NCBI GenBank assembly: GCA_013239625.1
Contig: MU053645.1
Location: forward strand, 1,170,274 to 1,234,273
Direction: 5' to 3'
Length of the DNA: 64,000 bases
Origin: Lama guanicoe
Taxonomy: Eukaryota
Shown here: positions 13,785 to 28,041 of the stretch, piece after piece
Numbering within the stretch: the stretch's first letter is position 1
Layout: each line of letters starts with the position of its first letter
Translations under genes and position numbers: made by a program
The notes under the pieces: model-generated
The model's database searches: none
The model's input: only the letters and a program-made list of their open reading frames with translations
Told to the model about the DNA's origin: nothing

Positions 13785-13925
13785 TTTTTTTTTTTAAGGA
13801 GGGAGAAGGTAATTAGGTTTCTTTCTTTCTATTTTTCTATTTCTACTTTAATGGAGGTACTGGGGATTGAACCCAGAACCTTGTGTACGCTAGGCCCGTA
13901 CTCTATCACTGAGCTATATTCTCCC
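13785..13925 (-). mobile_element. Camelid tRNA-derived SINE (Vicugna/Vic-type)
   Basis: Poly-T followed by gtaattaggttt...ggaggtactggggattgaacccagaacc...ctgagctatattctccc. On the minus strand this gives an A box (tagctcagtg) and a B box (ggttcaatccc). Confidence 0.88.
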
Positions 13926-15494
13926 TGCCTCCAGCCATTTATTCTTCACTGCTGTCTTACAATGAGGAGCCCTGTCATACTCCTTTCCTTTCAGGGATAA
14001 AGGAATATAGCTTCCTAGTAAACATTTGCCCAATAGTGGGAAGCACCGCAAGTGATTATAAAGAAGCAAAACCACATTGTTAATGTCTTCACTACTGTGA
14101 GATGAAATCCAGTAAAAACGAAATAAAACTTCAAAACATTTCAACAATAGCAAGTCTATGACAAATCTAGTTAAAGTCTGAGTCAAAGAAAAAACATATT
14201 TACTTTGAAACAACATCCCGATGAAATGTTTACATTCCCTAGTTTAGTCATTCTACGTTATAATAACTCCTCTCAGCATCATTCAAATTTAAGAAATGTC
14301 ATTAGCACATTAGAAATTCATTTTTTGGAATGAGCAGTATTGTAACCAGTTAATACCTTATAGGTATTCTTCGTTCATGATAAATAAGATTAATAACAAT
14401 ACAGTATTTAGTGTACAGTAATATTATCCAATCAGCAATACATACACTGGTCGTTAAAAAGAACCAAAAATTTAGAGTAAGGATCTTTTAATCGATTTAA
14501 AAAAGGGAGCAATCAAATACCTTCTGCCTATACCCAAATCAGTCATTTTGTATGCTTATTTATATAATACCTACCACCGGAACTCTTTCATACCAGGTTT
14601 TCTGGCCAAATAGATTTGAAAATGTGATGAATATTAAAAGCCACCCTGTCAGGACCTAACACATTTAATTAGTTGATCACAGGTGTCAAGTACCCTTCCC
14701 CTTTTGATAGATTAACCCAAAAGAGTGGACTAACAACCCCAATTTGCTGACTAACTGAATTTTGATATATTCTCCAAAGCTGTTTCCCCACCCCCAGACT
14801 AACTGAATTTACAAGCAGTTAAATCTGACAGATTCAGTATATCTGCCAAAGTCCCTTCATACTTCGTAAAATTATGAAAACTTAGCCAATGTGTCATGTC
14901 CTGGGGAAATACAGTACATCTAAAGAGTCATTCCCAATGGGAGCAGGGTGGTAAGGGAACATGATTTATTGATTTATCATAATACATGTTAAAGTGTCCA
15001 GAAGATTTAATATTTGATACATCCAATGACAAAATAATTTTCAAAATACTCTTAATGGGTATATATACATGTTTCTTTGTTCATAATTTTACACCTGCAC
15101 AAATATGTATGAATCTACATTCAAGCAAAGGCAGATGCACTTTCTTTTGTTATCTGTAATAGAGATAACTCAATTAGCACATGGTTTCCAATTCTAACTA
15201 AGCTAAAAAGTATAACCCCTCATCATCTGCAGAAGCTTCCAGCAGGGCAAATGCATTTTCCTCACTAGAAAGCAAGACTTAGTGCAGAAGAATAAAGGAA
15301 AAGCCTCATTAATTAAGATCTCAAGAATGCAAAATTCCTAATAAGTGAACTTCGGCCGGCTTGAGATTTGGAAACGAGTTTGCTGAGTAAATTAACAATC
15401 AAATACAATTGGAGGAGAGATGCTTGAGGACTTAAGGGAACAAACGATTTTTCAAGCACTTTGGAAGTATTATTTACATACAGGTAATTACTGT

Positions 15495-15870
15495 GTGGAA
15501 AGAACTGTGGTACCTGGAAAGAGGATTGGATTTGAGTCAAGAGATGTACCTAGCACAAATTCCCTAATCTGAGCCTTGGATTCTTCACCTGTAAAACTGA
15601 GATAATATCATTATTTCACAACACTGTGGGAGGTCTGAATGAGATAATATACATGAGTCCTTGCAAATTTTCAGGAGCTAAATAAATATTGGGTATTTTT
15701 ATCATATGCATAAAAAATAAACTCACATGAATAAAACAATTGTGGAAACATTCTACCCTCTATTTTTACAGATGAGGCAAGTGGAGCACAGAATATTCAA
15801 GTGAGTCATCCAGGAGCACATAGCTAGTTAATCAAAGAGCTGGACCTATTACCGATATCCCTACACTTGA
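15495..15870. mobile_element. Two MIR fragments in opposite orientation
   Basis: ctgagccttggattcttcacctgtaaaactgagataata (plus) and tattttacagatgaggcaagtggagcacaga (minus). Confidence 0.65.
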
Positions 15871-16177
15871 ATGTTTAATAAACAATGATTGAGCACCTGC
15901 TATATTCAAGTCACTGTTTAGGTGCTGGAAACAAAAAACAAGATATGATCTCTGCCTTTGAAGAATTCTTATTCTTAGTGGAATTCCCTCTGCCTGCTGC
16001 CAAGCACTCATTGCCTTTATTCTGGCCTTTGGCTGCCAAAGATAGCCTTCACTGTTGCACTCCAAGCCGACTTGAACTGCCCCTAAGCGCCTGTATCCAA
16101 AAACTTTCCCTCTCCCTTGCAACCTACCTGGGGCTCTTGGGGACCAAGAAAACTGATAAAAGCAGCACTTCATTTTT

Positions 16178-16305
16178 TTTTTAAGTACATAATATTTTGG
16201 GGGGGTGATTAGGTTTATTCATTTTTAACGGAGGTCCTGGAGATTGAACCGAGGACCTCGTGCCTGCTAAGCATGTGCTCTAACACTGAGCTATGTCCTC
16301 CCTCA
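16178..16305 (-). mobile_element. Camelid tRNA-derived SINE with 14-bp TSD
   Basis: ggaggtcctggagattgaaccgaggacctcgtgcctgctaagcatgtgctctaacactgagcta; TSD AGCACTTCATTTTT at 16164-16177 and 16306-16319. Confidence 0.92.
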
Positions 16306-16709
16306 AGCACTTCATTTTTGGTTTGCGGTACACAATTAATTCTGAGCTCAGCCCCAGAAATTATTTCTGGGGGTCAATTTCCTGCAGCTGAAGAGGACTG
16401 AAGGGGGAGGTTATTAAATGATGTCAGACAGCAAGCAGGGGAGGTGGGAGGGGTGAAGAGAGTATGCAGAAATAACCTCAAGTCCATTCAATTGGTGAGA
16501 TGTCCATATTCTAGAACTAGAAAAGCTAGCTGGTCACCAGATCAGATGTATCAAGGTCTTCCTCCCTATTAGACTCTGAGTGCCAAGTTGAAGAGTCATT
16601 TTCTAGGGAAAACCAGAGAGGCAAGGACAAACTAGCTGTTAGGAAAAGTGGTCATCAGGCAAAGGGGATTCGGGACGGGGACAACGTTACAGGCAGACAG
16701 AACTGCACA

Positions 16710-16890
16710 GTACTCAATTCCCTATTTCATAACTTAGCTCACTGTATGATCTTGGACAAGTCATTTAACCGGAATCTTTCTCACCTCTAAAGTGGTAAGT
16801 TAAGAGCACCTACCTAAGACACTTGCACCGATTAAATGAGATCATAAGGGCAAGGTGCCTGGCTTGTGGCAGGCATTCAGTAAATGCTAG
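16710..16890 (+). mobile_element. MIR SINE fragment
   Basis: ctgtatgatcttggacaagtcatttaacc...attaaatgagatcat...gtgcctggc...ggcattcagtaaatgctag. Confidence 0.7.
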
Positions 16891-18099
16891 TTCCCTTCCC
16901 CTTGGCTGCCAGTTCCCCTCCCAGCACACCTTCTCCTCCAATCTCCCTGCTTCTGTGGAGAAAACTACAAAACCTGGAGGCCTTCCCAGCACCCCGCCAG
17001 AAAAGTGACGAGTCCCAGCTGTTTGGGGCCCCCTGGGCTTCCTATATCCTGGAATATTTTAAGAATCATTTTCTTCAACCCTCAGGCTATCTCATCAGAG
17101 TGTAACAGGGAAGTCAGATGATTAACTGTTAGATGAATAATTTGTTATGTAAATTGTAGAGCTGAAAGGAATGGGGTAGGTATGGGAATTAAGTTGTTAC
17201 TTCATTAAGTTGTAATTAGTGACTAAAGGTTTCAACATACCTACTAATTTTATTAAAGGAGGAATTTAAATCATCTCTTTCATTAAATTATCTGTATTTA
17301 TATCTACATCTATAGCTATCTATATATCTAGCTATATCATCTCGGCCCGAAGTCCCTACTTCTGAATTTTTCACAGCTGCTGTGTTCTTTGGGAACATAT
17401 TCCAAGTGTAATTGAGGGCCTGAATTCACCCTGGAATTTCCATAGAACATAATCCATTAGAGCAGGGAATTCAACAAAGGAGCCATCTTCAGTATAGTTA
17501 AGGGGTTTACTTCACTGAAAGTAGGAGAGAATTTCTACCTATTATCATTTCTTCTTTATAAAGCTCTCTGTCCCACCACACTCACCCCAAGTTCTGTGGA
17601 GGTTCTGAGTTGGTTAACCTCCCTCTCTAGGCTCATCTAATGTCTCTGCCACTCAGTCCCTGTGCTCCAGCCACACTGGTCACCGTGGCACTCCTTGAAA
17701 ATGAAACCTCCTTCCCATGTTGAGACCTTCACAAATGATACACCCTCTGCCAGGAGCACGTGTGAGCCATTCTCAGTGATCTGGATCCTCGACATGAGAA
17801 AAACAGACCAGAGGAGAGACACACAGAGTTCAGTGAGGGAGAATTATAACAGAATTGTTTGAACTGAACACCTCAATGTGACAGAAGTCTCTTCAGCGCT
17901 AGCATTCTCATCTCCAATTAGCAATAGTCTTTGCCCCTTCTGGGAGAAAGTTTGATGTCCCTATTAAGTCTCCAGATTTCTGGGATAATTTGGATTAAGC
18001 TCTGTTCTAATATGAAGCTAGCTTGGGCCCAGAAATGACTCTGAGCTCCCCACCAGGCAGGCCAAGCTTACTTGGTTCTCATTAAGTTGACACTGTAGC

Positions 18100-18340
18100 A
18101 GGCAATGTAGTGGTGGAGATTTAGGGACTGACATCCTTTGGTTTGAATCCTCACTGCAACACTTACTAGCTGTGTGACTTTGGACAAATAATTAAACCTC
18201 TCTTGACCTCAGTGTTCTCATTTATAAACATGGATAACTCCCCATAGGTAGTTGTGGAGGTTACATGATTTAATTTATTTGAGGGCTCCCAACAATGCCT
18301 GGTACATGGAAAGTGCTCAATTCAAAAATTAGTGCAATTA
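18100..18340 (+). mobile_element. MIR SINE, near full length
   Basis: tggtttgaatcc...acttactagctgtgtgactttggacaa...cctcagtgttctcatttataaa...aacaatgcctggtacat. Confidence 0.8.
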
Positions 18341-20091
18341 TCTTCACCTTGGTCCTCGGACACAACTCAGGTTCATTCACTCACAGAACATTTATAGATC
18401 ACTTATTTTTGCCAGGTGCTGGTGACACAAAGAAGGGTAATATATATGATCCTAATAGTTCACAGTCTGGTGAGGTAAATAGCCATATAAACAGCTAACT
18501 TTATTAACACAATTTGCATAGAAAACTATTTAACCAAGTAAGATGGAACACATTCTATGGTAGACGGAACAGACAGAGAGCTGTGAGTACAGGACCAGGC
18601 ACAGACTTGACCTGGTCATAAAGGAGACCAGGTGAGAAAGAGCAGAAGGTCAGAAAAGCCCAGCTGTTCATACAGATAAACTATACAAACCCCTGTTCTA
18701 CTGACAGTGGATTGACTGGTGCAGCTATGTGCTTGAAGGATGGCATTGGATACCCTTATTTAAAATAGTCTTAAGAGACCTAGAATGAGCCATAGTAGAG
18801 ATGACTCCTTAGGACACCCGTAGGTTAGGCCATCTTTCTCAGAGCTGAAAAATAGTTGAGTCAACCCTTCAGATGCATCTGGGACCAGGAGTGGCATACA
18901 ACTATGGTCACCAGGACATTCTCCCCAAAGCTTCCAGATTTCCATAATACTTGCCCACATGTTTTCCATTAAATACTTTGAAATTCTACTGATCTCTTAT
19001 AAAATACTTCTCCATCATACCAAACCCAGATCTGCCAACATTCCTAACTTACGCGTTTAAGCCAACACCGAGCTCATAATTCCTTTGCTTCACTTCCAAG
19101 GCTTTGCTTTTTCTTTTATACAGATGAACTCTTGTGATGGGTTTTTGCTGATAAATCGGGGTCACACAAATCTCAGTAGAAAGGGGTCAGTGTTACAAGA
19201 GAACACACACACACACACAGGTACAAACACAAACCATTTCCTTGGCCACAGAAGTAAGTGCATGGTGCAATAACACCTTCTACAAAGCATTATGACAACT
19301 TCAAGTAGGAATCAAACACATCAAAATCTCCATATATTCTTTTCAAGAAATGAATGTAGGAGGATTTTAAGGCTGTCCAAGAGTATTTTATAAATACAGG
19401 ATAATCAGTCGAGTCTGAATCACAGTAGGCCTGAAGAAAATCAAATAGTGAAGGTTTTTTTTTTTTGCTCTTGTTTTATTCTTGTTTGATTTTAAGCTTT
19501 TTTTATTGTCAAAGCTATAATTGCTTTATTTTCCTTTTTCTCGGCTTTTCTTTGCGATTAAGGGCACCTGTATTCATTGGGAATTCTAAAGAGCCTTGAC
19601 CCGCAGCAAGCAGATGTTTGTGTTCTTTAAAGGCAGTCAGTCAACATCATTTACTGCTCACCTTCTGTTTGCAAACGCCCTTCCTGACATCATGAAGACA
19701 ATTCAGTCTATATAATGTGACAAAACAAACATGCACGAGGTGACTTAATACCAGTTACAGAAAACAACTCAGCAAAAGCAAATGCCTGAATAAACTGTCT
19801 AGAAGTCCTGAGAGCACATAGAGAGGGAGTGATGGGTTAGATGTAGCTAATTGGGGCTTGATTCCTAGAGGTGGATTTTGAACCAGGCATTGAAGAAGGG
19901 TTGAGCATAATTTAATATAGAGAAGTAGAATAAAGGGAGGGCAAAGAGGAAGGAGGAGTCTAGGCAAATTTTGCAGATCAACTGTTACATTCATAGCTTA
20001 AATAGTTTTGAAAACTTTTTGTTAGCATTCCTATCCCAGGAAAGGCCATTCTGACAGTAGTCATATATTGATGTAACCATTGCATTCTCTT

Positions 20092-20236
20092 CCTCGGTGT
20101 CTGTGGGGAGTTGGGTCCAGGGCCCCCCCCACCCCACCCCCAACAGATACCAAAATTCATGGACGTTTAAGTCCCTTATATAGAATGACATAGTAGTCGG
20201 CCCTTCATATCCACAGAATCCGGAGGGCTGACTGTA
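20092..20236 (+). mobile_element. MER2-like (TcMar-Tigger) internally deleted DNA transposon
   Basis: cctcggtgtctgtgggga...agataccaaaattcatggacgtttaagtcccttatata...ggagggctgactgTA. Confidence 0.75.
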
Positions 20237-20669
20237 GTTTTAAAAGATGTAAAATTCATATTACTCACACAAAAGACATTACCACCTGGGACTATTTGTA
20301 GCTGTATGATTAACCCATACTAAGAAAAATCAACTCTCTGCATTTACCAGTAAAATGTGGACTGTTTATGATAGAGAGTAAACACTTCGACAACTCTAGA
20401 AGCACATTCATTTCTCCAATGGACCTTTGTGGCTCCACAGGAAAATTTTTAATGTATCACTAAACATTTTTAACATGAATAGCTTATTTGATGGACTCTG
20501 ACAGTTTCCCCAGAGACATCGGTAGCTGGTAAATACAGAGCTCTTGAAGCATTCTTGAAAGTAGTTGATTAGGAGAAAAGGCAAAGAAAACAGAGTTACA
20601 ACCTCTGTCGCCAGGGAACTTTGGGTATGGAGTATACGAGTGCTTTATCAACTGTGGGGACAAAAGTAC

Positions 20670-20885
20670 CTCATTCTGAAATCAAATCAGCCAAGCTGGA
20701 ATCCTGGATTTGCATACACACCAAGCTACGTAACTTGGGGGGAGTCACTTGACTTTCACGCGTCAGTTTCCTTAACTGAAAAATGGAGCTAATTAACTGG
20801 TACCTACACTGAGGCACTGGTGTGAGAATTAAATACATATACAGAGCATTCAGCACAATGCCGGCCACACAGCAAGCACTCATCC
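20670..20885 (+). mobile_element. MIR SINE fragment
   Basis: gaatcctgg...gtcacttgact...tcagtttcctta...gtgagaattaaat...gcacaatgccggccacacagcaagcactca. Confidence 0.7.
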
Positions 20886-21924
20886 CTACAATGGAGAAGA
20901 GCTCTGAGATGAAAACTGGAGCTATGGGAAAAGATAAGATGAACACGGTGAAATGAAGAGTTATAAACCCAACTTTCTTGAAGTTCTAAGAAAAGCATAG
21001 TATTTAAGCTCAGTCCCACTATTATAGTTAAACACAACTGGTTCATGTCCATCAACAAAAGCTGAACTGCCAGCTGCTTTTGACACTAGAAGAATCTTCA
21101 TACTTCAAAGGATTGTTTTTGAAAAAATAAGTAATGCCAAACATTGATGATACTTGGCTCATTCACAGAGAAGAGCAGACTGACAAGCTTTGGTTATGAC
21201 AGATAAAAAGATGCACATAAAAGCCTGGGGCAGTATTAGGTGTCAAAGAGGGACTGTGGCTTTTATGAGGACAGTGTTATGGTAAACCTGTCAGCTATCC
21301 TATCCCTACTCCTTTATTCAAGGGAAAGCCTTCAAAAGCCCTATTTTATAACAAGTGACCCAACCCTCCATATGGCTGATACCCCAAGTCAGCCATTTCA
21401 AGAATGGCCAGAAAGTCTAATAACAATCAGGATTGGTTTAATCCTCCCTTTTGGAAACATGAACATGGTAATACCATGAGAACATGGCAGTGAACAAAGA
21501 GAACCTTGAGAGGTGAGACTGAAAAGATAATCAAGAAATGCCATGAGGCAAAACTAGAGTCATGAGGAAATCACGGTCAAGAGAAAATCGTGCCGAAGTA
21601 AAAACATGAGTAAGCAGAAAATGGGAGAGAGAGAAAAGGTACACCAAGTATAAGACGAGAAAACCAGTCTGCATGAGGGAACAAAGAAGGTAGATCCTCT
21701 GAAAATCACCTACTCTGATGTTAAAATCTCTGAACTTGACTTGGATGCTGAATTCTCTTCTAGTTCTAATCTCTATGTGGCTCAATGTTATTATTGCTTT
21801 TGTTCTAGCCGCACAGCTCCACTGCTGATGTCAGAAAATAGTTTTCACTAACTTGGTGGCCTTGAAGATGTAAATTCACCTCTCTGTGTCTTAAGTTCTT
21901 TAATTGAAAAATGAGGGTAACACT

Positions 21925-22630
21925 GGTTTCCCATACTCATCCTCTTGCCATGAGCACTGAGCACAAAGCCACCCAGTTAGAGACTACATTTCCCAGCTAC
22001 CCTTGCTGCCAGGTATGGCCACGTGACTAACTTCACACCGGTAGTTGGTGAGTGAAAGTGATGTGCACAAATTCCTCATCACCTTCTTGAAATAAAATTC
22101 TTTACTGTGAATTCTTGCTCCTTTCTCTTCACCCAATCTCCCACGATCTGGAATGAAAAAAGCAGAAATCAAGCAAAAGGACAATGTTCTAGAGTAGAGG
22201 CTGGTAAACTTTGTGCAAAGGGTCAGATGATAAATAGTGTAGACTTTATGGTTCACAAAGTCTCTGGCAAAACTCCTCAGTTCTGCTGTTGTAGTGCTAC
22301 AGCACCATAGATAACATGTAAACAAATGGTGGTGTTTGTGTTCAAATAAACCTATTTATAAAAGCAGACAGCAAGCTAGATTTGATCTGCCAGCCATGAT
22401 TTATCAATCTGTGCTCTAGAGGATGCAGGAAGAACAATGGAAGGTACCTGGATCCTTGAACTACCTCATGGAACACAAATGCTCTACCAGCCTAAACCAC
22501 CTCTATTATTACAAGGCGGGATGGGGAGGAAGAAGAAGGAGAAAGAAATCAACAGATAAATTTCCATCTTTCTTAAGACATCCATATTGGAGTCTCTTAA
22601 TAGTGGTATATCCCTTACCTTAACTAATGT
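21925..22630 (+). mobile_element. MaLR LTR (MLT1J-like), split by a MER58A insertion
   Basis: agactacatttcccagctacccttgc...tggccacgtgacta...gaagtgatgtg; resumes after 22421 with ggaaggtacctggatcc. Confidence 0.7.
22195..22413 (-). mobile_element. MER58A-like hAT element with 8-bp TSD
   Basis: Reverse-complement similarity to the copy at 3107-3302; flanked by TTCTAGAG (22187-22194) and CTCTAGAG (22414-22421). Confidence 0.85.
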
Positions 22631-23067
22631 CTCTCTTCCTGAGACCTGGTGTTCAACTTTTTCTGGATTCCCATGGACAAATATACGTGTTATAAATTAT
22701 CCATTACTTAAGGTATCTTGACGGAGCCATTTGCAACCAAAAGGACCTAATTAGGATAGGTGTCTAAGAGAAAAGGCCAACAAGAAATCTTGGACAGATA
22801 CCATGAAAGCTGGCAATAAATTTACACTTGTTCAAATATTCTTTCTGAAAACATCTTCCAGACCCATCCAACCATTGTGATTGCGATGATAGAAGGGAGA
22901 GGGGAATTAACAACTAGAGTCAACCCGGATAATCCTATGACAATATACCATAGACTGGGGGCACGGGAACCTGTGACAAATTTTGAGTCTGTGTAAAAAT
23001 AAGACCAAGAATAGTGTAACAGAGCCATTAAGCAGCTGCAACTCACATCTCTGTGCAGAAGAATTTC

Positions 23068-23660
23068 TGCGATAGGCAGCTTTTAAAATGGCTCCCAATG
23101 ATCCCTGCACCCTGATAGTCACATCCTGATATAATGTTCTCCTCTTCCTTTGGGTATAGGCTGCTCCCTTTGAGTGCAGCCAGACCTAGTGACCTGTGTC
23201 AGTAAGTGGCAAAAGTAATGAGTTGTCATTTCTGAGATTAGTTTACAAAAGACTATGATTCCGTCTTCCTGTCACTCTCTTTCTCCCTTGCTTACTCACT
23301 TTGATGAAGCCAGTGGCCATGTTGTATGCTGCTCTATGAAAAAGCCCATGTGGCAAGTAACTGAGGGAGATCTGCAGCCAACAGCCAGCAAGGAACTGAT
23401 GCCCACAATCCAACAACCCATAAGGAACTGAATTCTTCCAACAATCATGTGAGTGAGCTGAGAAGTAGATCATTTCCCTGTTAAGCCTTGAGATGACTAC
23501 AGCCCTGGCCAGCATCAGGATTGCAGCCAATGAAAAGCACTGAAGTAGAGTACCCCGCTAAACCCAGTGCCTGGCCCACAAAAACTATGGAATAATAAAT
23601 GTGTATTATTTAAGACACCATTTTTAGAGTCATTTCTTCTATAGAAATAGATAGCTTATA
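23068..23660 (+). mobile_element. MaLR solo LTR (MLT1F-like)
   Basis: aaaatggctcccaatgatccc...gcccatgtggcaagtaactgaggg...aacagccagcaaggaactga...gccttgagatgactacagccctggcc...ataataaatgtgtattattttaag. Confidence 0.85.
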
Positions 23661-24957
23661 TATTTTCTGTCTATGAATTATAGCTGATTCAGGTCATAAG
23701 CACTTTTTCCATGCACCCATGAATTCCTAGAGTCCAATCGTCCTGATAATCACACTCTACTAGGAACTGCCTGGTTAACTCGGCTGCAACTCACACTAGA
23801 CTATGAGCTCCAAAAGGGCAGAAACTTATCTGTCTCATCCACTGTTGCACCTCCAATCCTAACAAAGTGACTACTGACAATATTGGCTAAAGGAATGAAC
23901 GAGTGGGTAGGTAGTTGAATGGATGGATAAACAAATGAAGCCGCAGAGGTAATTGACACCATGGGTTTTTTTGTTGTTGTAAAATGTTGCTTAGGACACC
24001 CTATACACAAATAGCAAAACTGTCTTTTTATTTCAATGTTTCCTTCCTCAAATTCCAATAAATCTCAGACCAGTGAACCACCTGAAGTCACAAGTTCCGT
24101 TCAATGGACCATGAAGAATAAAAACTGTGAAACATGAAATTGAAGGAAGTCTAAAGTCAAAAGTAGTGTGTTCTCCAGAAAGCACTTCACTTGTCTTTTA
24201 AAGGGTAGCATACACCAAAACCTTATTTATCCCTAACTCAGTAAACATTCAGATCACTTTATATAGTTGTTTAGGCAAATGATCCTGGCTCATGCAGGGA
24301 CATCTCACTTATATTGTGTATCTTCCTACCAGGTTGCATTATTAACAGTGCTGAAAATTGAATTCTGTCTTAAATGTGTTAGGGGAGCTCATTATTGAAA
24401 GGAAACACACAATATATCCTCTAACACAACAAATAATTTAGTTACATGATCCATAAATCTAGATTTCCACACCTATAACTTTTGCTGTTTTACAAATCCA
24501 GATATTCATATATCAGGTTTACTTAGAGCAGTGAAATCTGTAGTCTCTCAGGACAGAGAAGTTAAAAGGTCAACTAGAGGGTATGCCAAATCCATCCTTT
24601 TACCCTCCCTGCTGGAATCACTACCAAGTCAGACCCACTTCAGAATAGCTCTGCCCCTGGCAAATAAAAAGTATGCGAAGAGGTCTAGCTGCTGGTCCCG
24701 TGCTGCGTACACACCTCAGTTCCTCTTCTGTGAAGTTACTGCAGAGAACTTCAGTTCCCATACAATCCTATTTCCTTACTTCTGAACGTCTCCACTGCTG
24801 ATCATCTATTCAAACCCCCTGTGTTTCCTGCTGTTTGAAACCCCCAAATTTCCAACCCCGCCCTTTCTTAGATGGGTTACTGGGATACAGTGTACACCTT
24901 TGGTTAACAGTACTAGCACCTCTCTGTCCCGTGAACTGGTGGCAGTGAAGTGAGTAT

Positions 24958-25095
24958 AGGCCATTTTTCTCAAATTTTAATGTTTGTACAAATACAGACT
25001 CAGATTCAGCAAGTCTAGAAACGGTCCTGAAAATCTGCATTTCTAATAAGCTCCCAAGCAATGCCAGTGTCGCTGATATTTTGAGTAACAAGGAT
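24958..25095. mobile_element. MER5-like hAT-Charlie fragment
   Basis: agactcagattcagcaagtct...aatctgcatttctaataagctccca. Confidence 0.65.
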
Positions 25096-27982
25096 TTAGT
25101 AACAAAACAATACCTTACAGACAGAGCATCTGGGCTCTTGAGCACGTTAGTTCCACTAGCTATTTAACCTTAAGCACCTTACTAAATCTCTCTCTGTTTT
25201 AAAAACAGAGACCATAATTCCCTTGCTGTCTTTACAATTAACTGCTTGGATTTGAGATCTAGCTCTCCCATTAACTAACTCTAACCCTGAGCAGGTTATT
25301 TAAACTCCCCACTCAGTAGGTAAAAGCAGTGCCTACTTCATAGGGCTATTGGGAGGATTAAATGAGTTAATACAGATAAAGTACCGAGAGCAGTGCCTGA
25401 AACACAGCAACTGTTAATTATTATCCTTGCATGCCTGTCCTTCAGATACCTCAGCTCAATATGACTCCCTTATTCTAAAAGGGGTTTTCATCTCACCCGG
25501 TCCACCTGGCTGCTACCTACACCATGGTTCTGATGCTGGGCCACATGTTAGATTCATCACCAATCCCCTGGTCTCAGAGTCCACCACTTTTTCATCTCCA
25601 AGGCTTCCCTTAGCCTTACATACATTCATTTCCTATATATTGTTAGTCTTGCAAGAACTTCAAGCCCAAATATCACAACCTAACATATTTCTTGGGGGCA
25701 GAAGCACCATGTAATGGTAGAAGCAACAGATCAAGAGCCAAACAATGGATTTCTGGGCAAAACTGAGAGCTCAGCTGAGGCTGGGCACTATCGGTGTGTA
25801 ATGGCACCAACTCATATTGTTACAGGATAAAGGATGCAGAGAGCTGCTCATGAAAGCAGTCTACAGATGAAGTTTTTAAGCTTTTCAATCTAGTCCCTGT
25901 GTGGTGGAACGATGTGAGTGTAGCTGGTTTAGCCGCTGTTGATAGAGACAGCTAGTTTGGGTAAAGAGACTGTGTGAGCAGGGTCTATTCCAAATTTCAG
26001 CTACTTGCTCAAGCTCTAGTCTTCTTTCCCCCTTCTCCCTCAGCTGACTGTCCTTACCTCCACTTTAACTTACGAAATGGAAGCCACCTTGACTTCCAGT
26101 CATCAAAACGAGCTTCACCTATAACCATTCTCAAATTTTTCTCCTTCCCTACTGTCATAATGAAAGCAATGTCTCTACTCTTTTTAGTCCTTCCTTTTGG
26201 TCTCTAGATCCCTTTCTCCATCTGCCTTCTCAGGGTCCTTACTGCATTCATTATCCCTCTCATTACTGGATATTCAAAAATCTCCCTCTCATCCTTAAAA
26301 AATTCTCCAGGGTATGAACAGAATTGAAATATGGCTGGCTAGAAAGAATTTAGACTATGTCCAGCAGGCCAGGAAAGATGTAGAAGGTACCTTTGGTCTA
26401 GAAAGGTAAGCAGAGACATCAATTAGAATAGATGGTACAGAACAGTCCTTAATGGCAAAATACTTTAGTTCCAAGTCAGAGCATTTAATCAGTCTTAGCA
26501 GCACTAGCAAACAGCACTAATGAATGGTCGGGCGTATTGGCCCCATGCCCTTTTTAATACTACCTGCTGGGGGTTGATGTCTCTAAACCCACATATGTTA
26601 ATCAGAGTCTGAAGAGATCAAAGGATTGTGCTTCCAAATAAGGGGGAAGGGGCAGAAGTTTTCACCAATTTCTTATTGACAAATTCTGAGAATCAAAGGG
26701 AAGCCTTGCAAGAATTACAGGTCCTGGAAAGTGTGCGTGCATATAAGCCCTTGATAAGCATTTTTTGCTACAAAGGGTTTATACGATCATAAGGAATAGT
26801 GTTTTCCACAGAGCTGCATATGAGATTCCTCTCAATTGCAAATATATTTAATATCCCCAATAGGGCAAGAACAGTTGGGGATATAAAAAATGAAAGACAA
26901 TTTTAGTTTTGGCAAGACTGGCTAGAGAGTTCTTTCCGAGTCATTATGAGCCATTACTGCCTGGATTACAGCAACAATCCACAGAAGCCAATCTTTGGCC
27001 ACTTAATTAGGACATATGGAGGCTGTTCTAACATTAAGGGAGCTGCTCTATCAAGGCAGAGCTAAATCAGAAAAAAAAAAAAAGTCCAAATTTCAACCCT
27101 AAAAACTAGATGGCTGAATGTTCTATGGCTTAGTTAACATTTTCCAAAAAAAATGAAATTTTCCACAGTAAAAGGACAACCTGGATTCACTTCTGCCACA
27201 AGGTTCTTCTCATAACCAAAGTGAATTCTCTGAATATAGGGAATTTCAACATATGATTAAAGAACAGCTCACACATCTGTGTGCTTTATCCCAGCCAAGT
27301 TATCACCATGTGTCAGTCCCTTTCTGTAAATGCTCTTCAATAAAGGTGACTCATTTTGCAGCAAACCCCTAAGTAATGGCCAGTCCTTGACAAGTAGTTT
27401 GAGAAGGAGGGTGCTACTTAGGCACCTAACGTCCTGTATGCATTTAAGATACAGATAGCCTAAATGCAAACCCACTGGCCCCTCAAATGGGACCTTGAAA
27501 AATAAACCTGATGTGTACAGAAAAAGAGAGAAGGTTCCAAGAGAGACAGAAAGAGGAAAGGCACAGAGTAATGTGATATTAAAAACCATCTAGACAACAT
27601 TGCCAATTTTTCAAATGGTTCAGTTGTTTAGTTGTTTTCTACCAAATATACAATGGCAGAGACACACTCATGCTAGGTGTTGGATGATGATAAAATAGAA
27701 GTGGAAAAATTATGTTTATATGCAATTTTTGAAAGTGTTTAGGGTATATATACAGATATGTATGCTCCCTACATATTTCTTCATAGGACTCAAAAGAGTC
27801 TGGAAAACTCTGCCTCTACTTTAACAACACAATCCTCCCACAGCATTTTTTTCTAAACTCTATTTTATCTCTAACTGAATTGTATTGTAATTTGTGTGTA
27901 TCTTTCCTATAGCAAAAGACAGCGCATATCTTCAGATATGGACTACATTTTATTTGTCTTTTTAGTGCCTAGACTATTATTG

Positions 27983-28041
27983 GGGGTTTTTTTAAACTTT
28001 TTTTTTATTGAGTTAGTCATTTTACAATGTTCTATCAAATT
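27983..28041 (-). mobile_element. 59-bp extremely 5'-truncated young L1 3' tip with 14-bp TSD
   Basis: Its reverse complement (aatttgatagaacattgtaaaatgactaactcaataaa...) matches the L1 end at 39781-39829; TSD CTAGACTATTATTG at 27969-27982 and 28042-28055. Confidence 0.88.

Noticed and set aside
13850..13925. tRNA-like A and B boxes (also at 16230-16305)
   Set aside because: These are SINE heads followed by AT-rich tails, one with a TSD; they are not tRNA genes.
14749..14810. 14-bp direct repeat GACTAACTGAATTT flanking 34 bp
   Set aside because: No poly(A) or recognisable element lies between the copies, so it cannot be told apart from a small old duplication or chance.
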